Below, piece by piece: positions 47,137 to 55,826 of a DNA stretch of 64,000 nt. Positions within the stretch are counted from its first letter, which is position 1. Every line of letters begins with the position of its first letter. Position numbers and translations under genes: made by a program. Source of the DNA: Candidatus Woesearchaeota archaeon (GTDB lineage: Archaea > Nanobdellota > Nanobdellia > Woesearchaeales > 21-14-0-10-32-9); NCBI GenBank assembly GCA_020854775.1, contig JAHKLZ010000005.1, positions 49,797 to 113,796 of the forward strand, read 5' to 3'. A model generated the notes under the pieces. The model ran no database searches, was not told the origin of the DNA, and saw nothing but the letters and a program-made list of their open reading frames with translations.

Positions 47137-47892
47137 ATGAAAGATATTGATTTAATAAATGAATGGAAAAAAGAAGAAAAAAAGAGCTTCGAAGGATGGG
47201 ATTTTTCGTATTTAGGTAATCGTTACGATGAAGGATATCCTGATTGGGATTATGAAGGAAATGCGAAGAATTTTATTAAAAATTCTGAATCTGTTTTAGA
47301 TATGTGCACAGGAGGCGCAGAAGTTTATTGTAAAATTTTATCAACTTTTAAACCGTTTAATGTTAAAGCTATTGAGAAATATGAACCAAATGTTTCTGTT
47401 GCGCAAAAGGCTTTAGATGCTTTCGGAGGAAAAGTTATGTTTGTCACAAATAATGAAAATCTTCCTTTTGAAACAGGTGAGTTTGATTTGGTGCTTAATA
47501 GACATGGTGCTTTTAATGTTAAAGAACTTAGCAGGATCATTCGCAAAGACGGTATTTTTTTCACGCAACAAGTTGAAGCAAATAATTGGTCTGATTTAAT
47601 GTCTGAATTTGGCGATACTCCTAATTGGCCTGATAACACTTTATCAATCGTTGTTGAAAAATTAAAAAAAGAAGGTTTTAAAATTGAAAGGGCAGAGGAA
47701 TGGGAAGGTAAAACTTTTTTTAAAGATATTAAAGCCTTAGTTTTTGTTCTTAAAGTCATTCCTTGGACAATAAATAATTTTGGTGTTGAGAAATACAAAG
47801 AAGTTTTATTGAGACTCCATAAAAAAATAGAAAAAGAAGGAAAATTAGAGTTTTCTTCTAAAAGATATCTTATTTTAGCAAGAAAAAAATAG
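47137..47892 (+). CDS. class I SAM-dependent methyltransferase
   Basis: Motif I VLDMCTGGAEV plus an acidic post-I residue and FDLVLN. A-rich composition, atypical for the top strand. Confidence 0.55.
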   Translation: MKDIDLINEWKKEEKKSFEGWDFSYLGNRYDEGYPDWDYEGNAKNFIKNSESVLDMCTGGAEVYCKILSTFKPFNVKAIEKYEPNVSVAQKALDAFGGKVMFVTNNENLPFETGEFDLVLNRHGAFNVKELSRIIRKDGIFFTQQVEANNWSDLMSEFGDTPNWPDNTLSIVVEKLKKEGFKIERAEEWEGKTFFKDIKALVFVLKVIPWTINNFGVEKYKEVLLRLHKKIEKEGKLEFSSKRYLILARKK

Positions 47893-47905
47893 TTTTTCGC
47901 ACTTA

Positions 47906-49066
47906 TTATTTATTTATTTCTTCGTGAACAAGTATGTTCCAGAAAAATTGTGTTAGTTCATCATCATCTCGTTTCTTTGAGAGTTTTGTTAAATTCATGT
48001 ATTCATCGAAAGAACCCATTTTCAAAATTATTAAAGGGAAACCGTTTTGCATCATTATCCAATTTAAAATCATCCTAGTTGTTCTACTGTTACCATCAGC
48101 AAAAGGGTGTATTCTTTGAAATTCGTTGTGAATCCAACCTAATTTATCTAAACAATTAGCAGAATTTATTTTTTTTATTTCAGAGCAAAAAGAATTCATG
48201 TGCTCAGGAACTTTGCTAGGAATAACTGTTTTAAAATCAGGATTTCCTTGAATTTTGTTTTGAGTTATTTTATATTTGCCTGCGTGCCTGTGCATACTAA
48301 ACATTATCAAGTAATTGATTTTTTTTATTTGTTTTTCAGTTATTTCTTCATCAATATTTTCTAGAACATAAATTAGTGCTTCATTAAGGTTTTTTACCAT
48401 TTGAATATCTTTTTGAGGCTTTTCAGGATAAATATCCTTAACTAATAAATCTCTTGTTTCCCCAATTGAAATAGTCGCGCCTTCAAGTTGAGCGCTACCA
48501 GCGAGAAAAGAAAAAATTTCTTCATCAAAAGGATTTACAGGCTTTCCCTTTATTTTTTTAACTTTTAATTTAACATCCTTAAAATCTATGTTAGGTTTAG
48601 GAACTTTTATTTTAATATCAAAGACACCTAGAATATAATCAAATAATTGATGTCTTAGCATTATCCCTATGTAAGGTTTTTTTTTATGAACAAGGATGAA
48701 TTGATTGTTTTCTAAGTAAGATAAAATATTTAAAATGTCTTTGTTATTTTTTAATTTACGTGGACGTAAATTTGGCAAGTTTTTGATTAAATCTGTTAAA
48801 ATTAAAGGCATATTTTTTGAAAAAAATAAATTATAATCTAAATTATTTTTCAAACAATATTTAATTGTTTTAAATGCATAAAATGTTTTGTTATTTTTAA
48901 TTGGAACATAAAATTTATTTTGTTCTTTTACCCAACCAATTTTTACTAAATTTTTTAATTGAACATATACTTCTGATTTAAAACCCAGTTCCGATTCTCT
49001 GCAAGGGCTTTTTTCAATTAACTTAGCAAAAACATCGTATTTTGTTGGCATAAGCAAAAGAAACAC
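47906..49066 (-). CDS. Fic/DOC family protein (AMPylase-like)
   Basis: Fic motif HPFADGNSRTTR matches HPFx[DE]GNGRxxR. Long N-terminal helical region. Confidence 0.7.
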   Translation of the reverse strand: MFLLLMPTKYDVFAKLIEKSPCRESELGFKSEVYVQLKNLVKIGWVKEQNKFYVPIKNNKTFYAFKTIKYCLKNNLDYNLFFSKNMPLILTDLIKNLPNLRPRKLKNNKDILNILSYLENNQFILVHKKKPYIGIMLRHQLFDYILGVFDIKIKVPKPNIDFKDVKLKVKKIKGKPVNPFDEEIFSFLAGSAQLEGATISIGETRDLLVKDIYPEKPQKDIQMVKNLNEALIYVLENIDEEITEKQIKKINYLIMFSMHRHAGKYKITQNKIQGNPDFKTVIPSKVPEHMNSFCSEIKKINSANCLDKLGWIHNEFQRIHPFADGNSRTTRMILNWIMMQNGFPLIILKMGSFDEYMNLTKLSKKRDDDELTQFFWNILVHEEINK

Positions 49067-49079
49067 TTAAAACTATATA

Positions 49080-49232
49080 AAATTAACTAATTTTAGGAAA
49101 TAAACTAAAAAAACTTAATTTAAGAAATGTATTCGCGCAAACTCTCAATTCAAAAACACCAAACCAAAAAAAATTAAACAGCACTAAATTAACTAATTTT
49201 AGGAAATAAACTAAAAAAACTTAATTTAAGAA
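49080..49232. repeat. two perfect 47-bp direct repeats (49080-49126 and 49186-49232)
   Basis: AAATTAACTAATTTTAGGAAATAAACTAAAAAAACTTAATTTAAGAA occurs twice, 106 bp apart. Lies between the fic start and the tRNA-Arg 3' end. Confidence 0.8.
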
Positions 49233-49244
49233 GGTGCCCACGCG

Positions 49245-49317
49245 GGGATTTGAACCCCGGTCTCAAGCTCCGCAAGCTCGTGTTCTGTCCAACTATACTA
49301 CGCAGGCATTGTTCTTG
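49245..49317 (-). tRNA. tRNA-Arg (anticodon GCG)
   Basis: 73 nt. Anticodon arm CGAGC-UUGCGGA-GCUUG, T-loop UUCAAAU, discriminator A. Confidence 0.75.
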
Positions 49318-49426
49318 AGAATGTTGTTTTATTAAAAAAGGTTTTCTTTGGTTTTTAATTTTTAATTCACTTGTTTGTTGTTTGTTGTTTGTCCTGAAAG
49401 ATTTATAAATACTTGTTCGTTTCATA

Positions 49427-50551
49427 TTGTTTATGGCTAAGTTAGTTAAGATTAATGAGAAGCAAAAGTTTAAGCTTAAGAAATTCATTAAGGAAGTTGA
49501 GAATCATCGTGGTCGAGGCACGGAATTGGTTTCTGTGTATGTTCCTGCTGGTTATGATTTGAATAAGATTGTTAGTCATATTTCTCAAGAGCAAGGTACT
49601 GCTTCTAATATTAAGAGTAAGCAAACTCGTGATAACGTGATTTCTTCTTTGGAGAAAATTATTCAACATTTGAAGCTTTTTTCTAGGACTCCTAATAATG
49701 GCTTGGTGATTTTTGCTGGTAACGTCGCGGAGCGCGAGGGTCAGCAAGATTTTCAAGTTTGGAGTTTTGAACCTCCTATTCCTTTGAATCAGCGTTTGTA
49801 TAGATGTGATAAAGAATTCGTTTTGGAGCCTCTTCGTGAAATGTTGGCTGATGAGGATTCTTTTGGTTTAATTGCTATGGATCGTAGGGAGGCTACGATT
49901 GCTATTCTTCGTGGTAAGTCCATAGTTGTTGTTGCTAGTGCTGAGAGTATGGTTCCTGGTAAGTTTAAGGCTGGTGGTCAGTCTTCTGTTCGTTTTGCTA
50001 GGAATCGTGAGTTGGCTGCTAAGGAGTTTTATCAGCGTGTTGGTTCTTTGGTTAAGGATCAGTTTTTTGAGTTGAAGGAGCTTCGTGGTTTGATTGTTGG
50101 GGGTCCCGGTCCTACTAAGTATGAATTCGTTGAAGGTAGTTTTTTACCTACTGAGTTAAAGAATAAAGTTATTGGTGTTAAGGATCTTAGTTATACTGAT
50201 GAGTTTGGTTTGCAAGAGTTGTTGGAGCGTAGTCAGGACTTGTTAGCTGAAGAATCAGTGGTTGAGGAAAAGAAGTTAATGCAGCGTTTCTTTGAGAAAT
50301 TATCTAAGAATAGCGGTACCGTAACTTATGGTTTGGCTGATTGTAAGCGTTTGCTCGATATGGGTGCCGTTGATATTTTGTTGATTTCTGATATTGTTGA
50401 TGAAGCCATTATTGATGATTTGATTGAGAAAGCTGAACAGTTTGGTTCTAACGTTGAGATTATTAGTACTGAAACAAGAGAAGGTTCTCAGCTTCGTGAC
50501 ATGGGTGGTTTTGCTGCTATTCTTCGTTATGACGTAGGAGATAATGCTTAG
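49427..50551 (+). CDS. prf1: peptide chain release factor aRF1
   Basis: NIKS motif (TASNIKSKQTRDNV) and GGQ motif (KAGGQSSVRFARNRE). Confidence 0.88.
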   Translation: MFMAKLVKINEKQKFKLKKFIKEVENHRGRGTELVSVYVPAGYDLNKIVSHISQEQGTASNIKSKQTRDNVISSLEKIIQHLKLFSRTPNNGLVIFAGNVAEREGQQDFQVWSFEPPIPLNQRLYRCDKEFVLEPLREMLADEDSFGLIAMDRREATIAILRGKSIVVVASAESMVPGKFKAGGQSSVRFARNRELAAKEFYQRVGSLVKDQFFELKELRGLIVGGPGPTKYEFVEGSFLPTELKNKVIGVKDLSYTDEFGLQELLERSQDLLAEESVVEEKKLMQRFFEKLSKNSGTVTYGLADCKRLLDMGAVDILLISDIVDEAIIDDLIEKAEQFGSNVEIISTETREGSQLRDMGGFAAILRYDVGDNA

Positions 50552-52233
50552 ATTTTCTTAGTCATGTATGGTCCTTCATGTTGGTATCCTAGTTTTTCGT
50601 AGTATTTTCTGACTCCTATTCCTGATATTATTACTATTTTGTTTTTTCCTTGTTCTTTAGTTATTTGTTCTGCTTTTTTCATGAGTTGTTTGCCTATTCC
50701 TCTGTGTTGTGTTATTCCTGTCTTTTGTGGAGCTGTTGCCTCTCCGTATACGTGTAATTCTCGTATTAGCGCGGTTTTATTTGTTATTTCTTTTCTAAGT
50801 TGTGTGCTTGGAAATCTTAATCTTAGGAAGCCTAGTAGTTTTTGGTTTGCGTCTTCTACGTTTATGAAGTATTCTTTTCCTTTGCTTGCTTCGTATTCTG
50901 TTACGTTTAGTGTTGTTGGTTCTTTTATTTCTTGATTTTTTATTTCTCTTACTCTTATTTCTTTTATTTTTTTTCCTTGTTTTTGTATTTCTTGGTCTAT
51001 TGCTTGTCTTAAGTTGCTCATGTTTACGCCGGCTTCTGCTTGCGTTGGTGGTATGTCTCTTTGTACTCTCATTACTCTGCAATATTCTGGTATTTCTGGG
51101 ATAATTTCTGCTAATATTTTTATTGCGTCTTCTGTGTTTAAGGGTTTGTATAATCCTTTTTTGTAATCTTCGTGCAAAGGTGTTCCTGGCATCACCATTA
51201 GTGGATAAATTTTGAGCATGTCTGGTTTGTAATCTTCGTTGTTGAAGAGTTCTTTGAATATTTGTTTTTCTTCTTCTTTACTTGTATCAGGCAGTCCTGG
51301 CATCATGTGAAAATTTAGTTTGAATCCTAGGTCTTTTAGTTCTTGTATGCTTTTCTTTGTATCTTCTAAGGTGTGTCCTCTTTTTACTTTTTTTAATACG
51401 TCATCTTTCAGTGTTTGTACTCCTAGTTCTATTCTTGTGCATCCTAGTTCTAGCATTTGATTTCCGTGTTCCTTAAAGCCTTGGTCTGGTTTGGTTTCTA
51501 TTGTTAGGCCCACGCATTTTATTTTTGAGTCTTCGTTCTTTTTTTGTGCTTCTTTTAGTGTGTCTTTATTTTTTTGTTTGTGTTCTAGGATTTTTTTTCT
51601 TATTCTATTTCCTCTTTCCTCGTTTTTTATGCTTCCTGGTAATTCGAAGAATTCTTTGAATTTTTTAGCATTAAATTCTTCTTCGTAGAATAATTGTGAG
51701 AAATCATTTAATGCGTTGAATACTTGTGTTATGTATTGTTCTCTGTATTCTTTGTTTGTTGCTATGAATGTTCCTCCCATGATTATTATTTCTGCTTTTT
51801 CTGGGTTTTGTCCTATTGCTATGTATTGTTCTAGTCTGTTAAATACTTGTAAGTATGGATCGTAGTTGTTTCTGATTCCTCTCATTGTTGCTGGTTCGTT
51901 TCCTGTGTATGATTGTGGTACGTCTCCGAAGTAGCTTTGTTGTCCTCCCGGGCAGTATGTGCATTTTCCGTGCGGGCACTTAGCTGGGTGAGTCATTATT
52001 GCTATGGTTGCTACGCCTGATATTGTTCTTACTGGTTTGGTTTGTAGTGTTTTTTTTAGTTCAGGTGTTTCTTCTAAATTCAAGTATAATTCTATGTCTG
52101 TTGGTATTTTTTTTAAGCCGTATTTTCTACAGAGTTCTATTTTTTTCTTTGCTATTTGGTTTTTGTTTGGTTTTTGTTTTAAGTATGTTAATATTTCTGA
52201 TAAGAATCCTTGGTCCAGTATTGCTTCGTTCAT
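50548..52233 (-). CDS. elp3: Elp3-like tRNA U34 carboxymethyl-modification enzyme (radical SAM + GNAT)
   Basis: Radical SAM cluster CPHGKCTYCPGG and a C-terminal GNAT block. Typical of archaeal Elp3. Confidence 0.85.
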   Translation of the reverse strand: MNEAILDQGFLSEILTYLKQKPNKNQIAKKKIELCRKYGLKKIPTDIELYLNLEETPELKKTLQTKPVRTISGVATIAIMTHPAKCPHGKCTYCPGGQQSYFGDVPQSYTGNEPATMRGIRNNYDPYLQVFNRLEQYIAIGQNPEKAEIIIMGGTFIATNKEYREQYITQVFNALNDFSQLFYEEEFNAKKFKEFFELPGSIKNEERGNRIRKKILEHKQKNKDTLKEAQKKNEDSKIKCVGLTIETKPDQGFKEHGNQMLELGCTRIELGVQTLKDDVLKKVKRGHTLEDTKKSIQELKDLGFKLNFHMMPGLPDTSKEEEKQIFKELFNNEDYKPDMLKIYPLMVMPGTPLHEDYKKGLYKPLNTEDAIKILAEIIPEIPEYCRVMRVQRDIPPTQAEAGVNMSNLRQAIDQEIQKQGKKIKEIRVREIKNQEIKEPTTLNVTEYEASKGKEYFINVEDANQKLLGFLRLRFPSTQLRKEITNKTALIRELHVYGEATAPQKTGITQHRGIGKQLMKKAEQITKEQGKNKIVIISGIGVRKYYEKLGYQHEGPYMTKKI

Positions 52234-52332
52234 GTTGTTTAGTAATTTTGTTTATTATAATAATGTTTAGGCTTTTTTGTTGTTTTTTGTAGTAAATTAT
52301 TTAAATAATCTTTGTATTAAATTTTAAGGAGG

Positions 52333-52596
52333 TTGATATTTATGGCGAAGAATGATTTTTGGGGAGATTTTTTCTTCATGACGAGTTTGGTTACGCCTAG
52401 GATTATTAAAATTATTAATATGGTTGTAATAATTTTTCTTGGTTTGGGCGTGATTGCGTCTATTTTTGGAGGATTTGTTTCTTTCATTATGGGCGTTGTG
52501 GGAGCTGTTGCTGCTTATGTATTCTTGAGGATATGGTTAGAAGTGGCTCTGGTTTTGTTTAGAATTGAGGAAAATACTCGTTCTAAGAAGAAATAA
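52333..52596 (+). CDS. small membrane protein
   Basis: 87 aa with 2 TM helices. Confidence 0.3.
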   Translation: MIFMAKNDFWGDFFFMTSLVTPRIIKIINMVVIIFLGLGVIASIFGGFVSFIMGVVGAVAAYVFLRIWLEVALVLFRIEENTRSKKK

Positions 52597-52681
52597 TTAT
52601 TTTTTTCTTTTTTTATTTAATACTACTTAATAGTGATTATTTAGCGATAGTTTTATATATTTTTGTTTATTCTTTAGTTTT

Positions 52682-53347
52682 ATGAAAGTCGTCGCGACCA
52701 ATATTCCTAGTCCTTTTGATAAGGCCGCGTTAAATATGTACGCTGAAGAATTTAGTTTAGGCATTAATGGATTAGTTGTTTTTCCTGAGAATTCTTTTAA
52801 CGAGCAAGATTTAGAAAAATTGTTTGAATTAAGTAATCATTACGACGTTGGTTTAGTTGGTACTTTGAGAGAGCAGAATTATCAGAAAGTTATTTGTGTT
52901 TCTAATCAGTCTTTAAGTGTTGGTTCGTCTAGTTACACCGGTTATTTTATTCCGCGTATTGATTCTGATTCTTTGTTAATTACTAATTTGGATAAGGCTC
53001 TTTTTGATTTTTATTCTGATGATAAACTTTTAAATTTCTGTATTGGCGATAAATCATTTAGTGCTATAACTAGGATCTGTTCAGATATTGGTTTGCCTTA
53101 TCTTCATGATGATGTTTGTGATTTTTTGATTGTTCCTTCTGAAATAGAGCATCCTAAGGATTGGTTTAAGAAGAATATTGGTTTATTTTCTAATAATTTT
53201 AAGGATGATTCTTTAATTATTTATTCTCCTTTGAAAACTAATGATTTTAATGATTGTAATTTTCGAGAAGTTGGAATTTATAATTCTGAACTTAAGAATT
53301 TAGGCGTTCAAAAAAAAGATTATGCTGTTTTTGATTTTGGTAATTAG
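52682..53347 (+). CDS. hypothetical protein (possible nitrilase/CN-hydrolase-like fold)
   Basis: LVVFPENSF is reminiscent of the CN-hydrolase catalytic Glu region. No clear Lys/Cys triad. Weak. Confidence 0.25.
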   Translation: MKVVATNIPSPFDKAALNMYAEEFSLGINGLVVFPENSFNEQDLEKLFELSNHYDVGLVGTLREQNYQKVICVSNQSLSVGSSSYTGYFIPRIDSDSLLITNLDKALFDFYSDDKLLNFCIGDKSFSAITRICSDIGLPYLHDDVCDFLIVPSEIEHPKDWFKKNIGLFSNNFKDDSLIIYSPLKTNDFNDCNFREVGIYNSELKNLGVQKKDYAVFDFGN

Positions 53348-53386
53348 TAGAAATTTATTTTAAGTAATTAGTAATTCTTTGTTTTT

Positions 53387-54010
53387 ATGAAGCAAGATTT
53401 CTTGGATCATTATAGGAACGTTGAAGTGGAAGCTTTATCTAGATTAAAGGATTTTGAGCGTTTTCGTGATGCGTCTCACGACGATTTATTTGAGGAATTG
53501 GCGTTTTGTGTTTTTGCTGCTAATTCTAGTGCTGAGATGGGTTTGTTAGCTGTTGAATTATTAAGGCCTGTTCTTCATCATGGTTCTTTGGATGATTATA
53601 AGCGTAGTGTTCATAAGAAAGTTAGGTTTTATAATAAGCGATCAGAGTATTTATTTTTTAATCGTGAAAAACTTAAAGAATTAGGTATTGATTTGAAGCA
53701 TGTTGTTTCTGATGAAGATATTCATGTTAAAAGGTTGTTTATTAAGAATAATCTTAAGGGTTTTGGTTTGAAGGAATCTAGTCATTTTCTTAGGAACATA
53801 GGTGTTAAAGGATTATGTATTGTTGATAAGCATGTTCTTAGTGTGATGAAGGAATTAGGAGTTCTCGAGGTTGATGAGTTTCCTTTTAAGGACTCTGATT
53901 ATTTTAGGATTGAGTCGAAAATTAAAGAGTTTGCTGATGAACACAATCTTGATGTTGATGTTCTTGATTTGGCCATGTGGAGTTTTCGTACTGGGAAAAT
54001 CATTAAGTGA
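53387..54010 (+). CDS. ogg: 8-oxoguanine DNA glycosylase, archaeal Ogg2 family (HhH-GPD)
   Basis: FEELAFCVFAANSSAEMG and GFGLKESSHFLRNIGVKGLCIVDKHVL match MjOgg-type enzymes. Confidence 0.7.
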   Translation: MKQDFLDHYRNVEVEALSRLKDFERFRDASHDDLFEELAFCVFAANSSAEMGLLAVELLRPVLHHGSLDDYKRSVHKKVRFYNKRSEYLFFNREKLKELGIDLKHVVSDEDIHVKRLFIKNNLKGFGLKESSHFLRNIGVKGLCIVDKHVLSVMKELGVLEVDEFPFKDSDYFRIESKIKEFADEHNLDVDVLDLAMWSFRTGKIIK

Positions 54011-54652
54011 TTAATTTTTTTCTTTGAGTTTTTCTAGGAATTTTTCAGGATTTTTTCCTTTTACTTCTTGCCCCCACAATACGAATATCCTGTTGATTTT
54101 GTTCCTATACTTCTTTGGCACTATTTTTTTTAGTTCTTTCTCTGTTTGTTCTGGTGTTTTTGTTTTTACTAGTTCGAATACGTTTGCGATTCTGTGTACG
54201 TGTGTATCTACGCATATTTCTTGTTCGTCGTAGAGCTCTGCTAATACTAGGTTCGCTGTTTTTATTCCTATTCCAGGCATTTTTATTAATTCTTCTTTAG
54301 TTCTTGGCACTTTTCCTTTATGTTTTTCTAGGAGTATTTGCGTTGTTTGTTTTATGTGTTTGGCTTTGGTTTCGTTGTAATTTATTTTTTTTATATCTTC
54401 TTTTAATTCTTCTTTTGTCGCGTTCGCTATTTCATTTAAGGTTTTATATTTTTTAAATAATGCTTCTGCGACTGGTATCGTTATTTCGTCTCTTGATTGT
54501 GCTGATAGCATCGTCGTTATTAATAATTGCCAGTCTTTTTTCCATCCTTCTCCCGCTAATCTTTTTTTGTTTTTTCCATATTTCTTGTTTGCTTGTTTCC
54601 ATATTTCTAAGAATTCTTTTTGTTTTTCTTTAATACTCAGGTTTTTATTCAT
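54011..54652 (-). CDS. nth: endonuclease III-like HhH-GPD glycosylase
   Basis: HhH-GPD block MPGIGIKTANLVLAEL..VDTHVHRIANV. No C-terminal Fe-S Cys cluster is apparent. Confidence 0.7.
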   Translation of the reverse strand: MNKNLSIKEKQKEFLEIWKQANKKYGKNKKRLAGEGWKKDWQLLITTMLSAQSRDEITIPVAEALFKKYKTLNEIANATKEELKEDIKKINYNETKAKHIKQTTQILLEKHKGKVPRTKEELIKMPGIGIKTANLVLAELYDEQEICVDTHVHRIANVFELVKTKTPEQTEKELKKIVPKKYRNKINRIFVLWGQEVKGKNPEKFLEKLKEKN

Positions 54653-54714
54653 TTTATTAGTGAATAGTTATTTATTTAAAGGTTTTTTTAATTCTTTCTT
54701 TTTAATAATTATTT

Positions 54715-55431
54715 TTGGGTGATATTATGAGTAAGGCTTTGTATATGGATGATTCTTATTTGAAAGAATTTGAGAGTGTTGTTGAAAAAGTTGTTGGCGA
54801 TTCTGTTGTTTTAAAAGAAACCGCTTTTTATCCTAGTAGTGGTGGTCAGCCTCATGATACTGGCTTCATTGTTAGAGGAGTTGACGAATTCAAAGTTGTT
54901 GATGTTCGAAAAGAGAGTGGTGAAATTATTCATGTTCTTGAAGCTAATGGTTTAGTTGCGGGTGATGTTGTTAAAGGTTTTATTGATTGGAATCGTCGTT
55001 ATAATTTGATGAAAGCACATACAGCGACTCATGTTCTTTGTAGTATTCTTCATAATGAAACTGGTGCTTTGATTACTGGTAATCAATTGTATGAAGATAA
55101 ATTAAGAATTGATTTCAATCTTGATAATTACGATAAAGAGTTATTAAAAGAATTAGTTAATAAAGCTAATGGTGTTCTTGTTCAAGATCATTCAATTTCT
55201 TCTTATTATTTATCTAGGGAAAAAGCTTTTAAGTTGCCTGGAGCTTTGAAGCTCGCTAATATTTTACCTCCTAATATTAAGACTTTGAGGATTGTTGAGA
55301 TTGAAGGTGTTGATGTTCAGGTTGATGGAGGCACTCATGTTAAGAGCACTTCTGAAGTTAAGAATTTGAAATTGTTAAAAACTGAGAATAAAGGTAAGAA
55401 TAATCGTAGATTAGTTGTTGGTTTTGAATGA
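54715..55431 (+). CDS. alaX: AlaX-type alanyl-tRNA editing protein
   Basis: Zn-binding HxxxH editing motif (AHTATHVLCSILH) and the AlaRS second additional domain. Confidence 0.75.
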   Translation: MGDIMSKALYMDDSYLKEFESVVEKVVGDSVVLKETAFYPSSGGQPHDTGFIVRGVDEFKVVDVRKESGEIIHVLEANGLVAGDVVKGFIDWNRRYNLMKAHTATHVLCSILHNETGALITGNQLYEDKLRIDFNLDNYDKELLKELVNKANGVLVQDHSISSYYLSREKAFKLPGALKLANILPPNIKTLRIVEIEGVDVQVDGGTHVKSTSEVKNLKLLKTENKGKNNRRLVVGFE

Positions 55432-55466
55432 AAATTTTATAAATAAAGGTTTGTTTCAATAATAAA

Positions 55467-55622
55467 ATGAAGTGTCATGTTTGTAATTTGAAAGTTGAAC
55501 AAGGTATTCTTGGTAAAGTTTTTGGTACTTACGTTAAGAATACTAAAGGCAAGAAAAGATTAGTTTGTAGTTCTTGTCAGTCTAAGCTGTCTCTTGATGA
55601 ACTTAAAGAAAAAATTGAATAG
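55467..55622 (+). CDS. small Zn-ribbon protein (51 aa)
   Basis: CHVC...CSSC pair. Below the ORF-track cutoff. Its stop abuts the tRNA-Thr 5' end. Confidence 0.3.
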   Translation: MKCHVCNLKVEQGILGKVFGTYVKNTKGKKRLVCSSCQSKLSLDELKEKIE

Positions 55623-55623
55623 T

Positions 55624-55738
55624 GCCTTTGTAGCTCAGTGGTAGAGCGTCTGCCTCGTATCCTCTAAACGAGTTTTTTAGGACTCGATTAAGGGGTGGAG
55701 TAAGCAGAAGGTCGCGAGTTCAAATCTCGCCAGAGGCT
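55624..55738 (+). tRNA. tRNA-Thr (anticodon CGU) with a 43-nt intron at 37/38 (55660-55702)
   Basis: Acceptor GCCUUUG/CAGAGGC with discriminator U, anticodon stem UCUGC/GCAGA, loop CUCGUA|A, T-loop UUCAAAU. Mature length is 72 nt. Confidence 0.7.
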
Positions 55739-55826
55739 CTTTTAATTTTAAAAAAAAAATTGTTTTTCAAACAAAGAATTATTTACATTTGAAATCCAAA
55801 TTTTTTTAAATCTTTGATTTTGAGAA

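Larger units (their letters stand above)
47028..49258. mobile_element. putative integrated island at the tRNA-Arg(GCG) 3' end (integrase-less relic?)
   Basis: A 14-bp exact direct repeat TGCCCACGCGGGGA sits at 47028-47041 and at the tRNA 3' end (49245-49258). The enclosed Fic and methyltransferase genes are compositionally atypical. Confidence 0.4.

Noticed and set aside
50795-51104. Basic Arg/Lys-rich ORF (95 aa) and Leu-rich ORF inside the Elp3 gene.
   Set aside because: They are low-complexity frames antisense to, or out of frame with, a well-conserved Elp3. The composition is an artefact.
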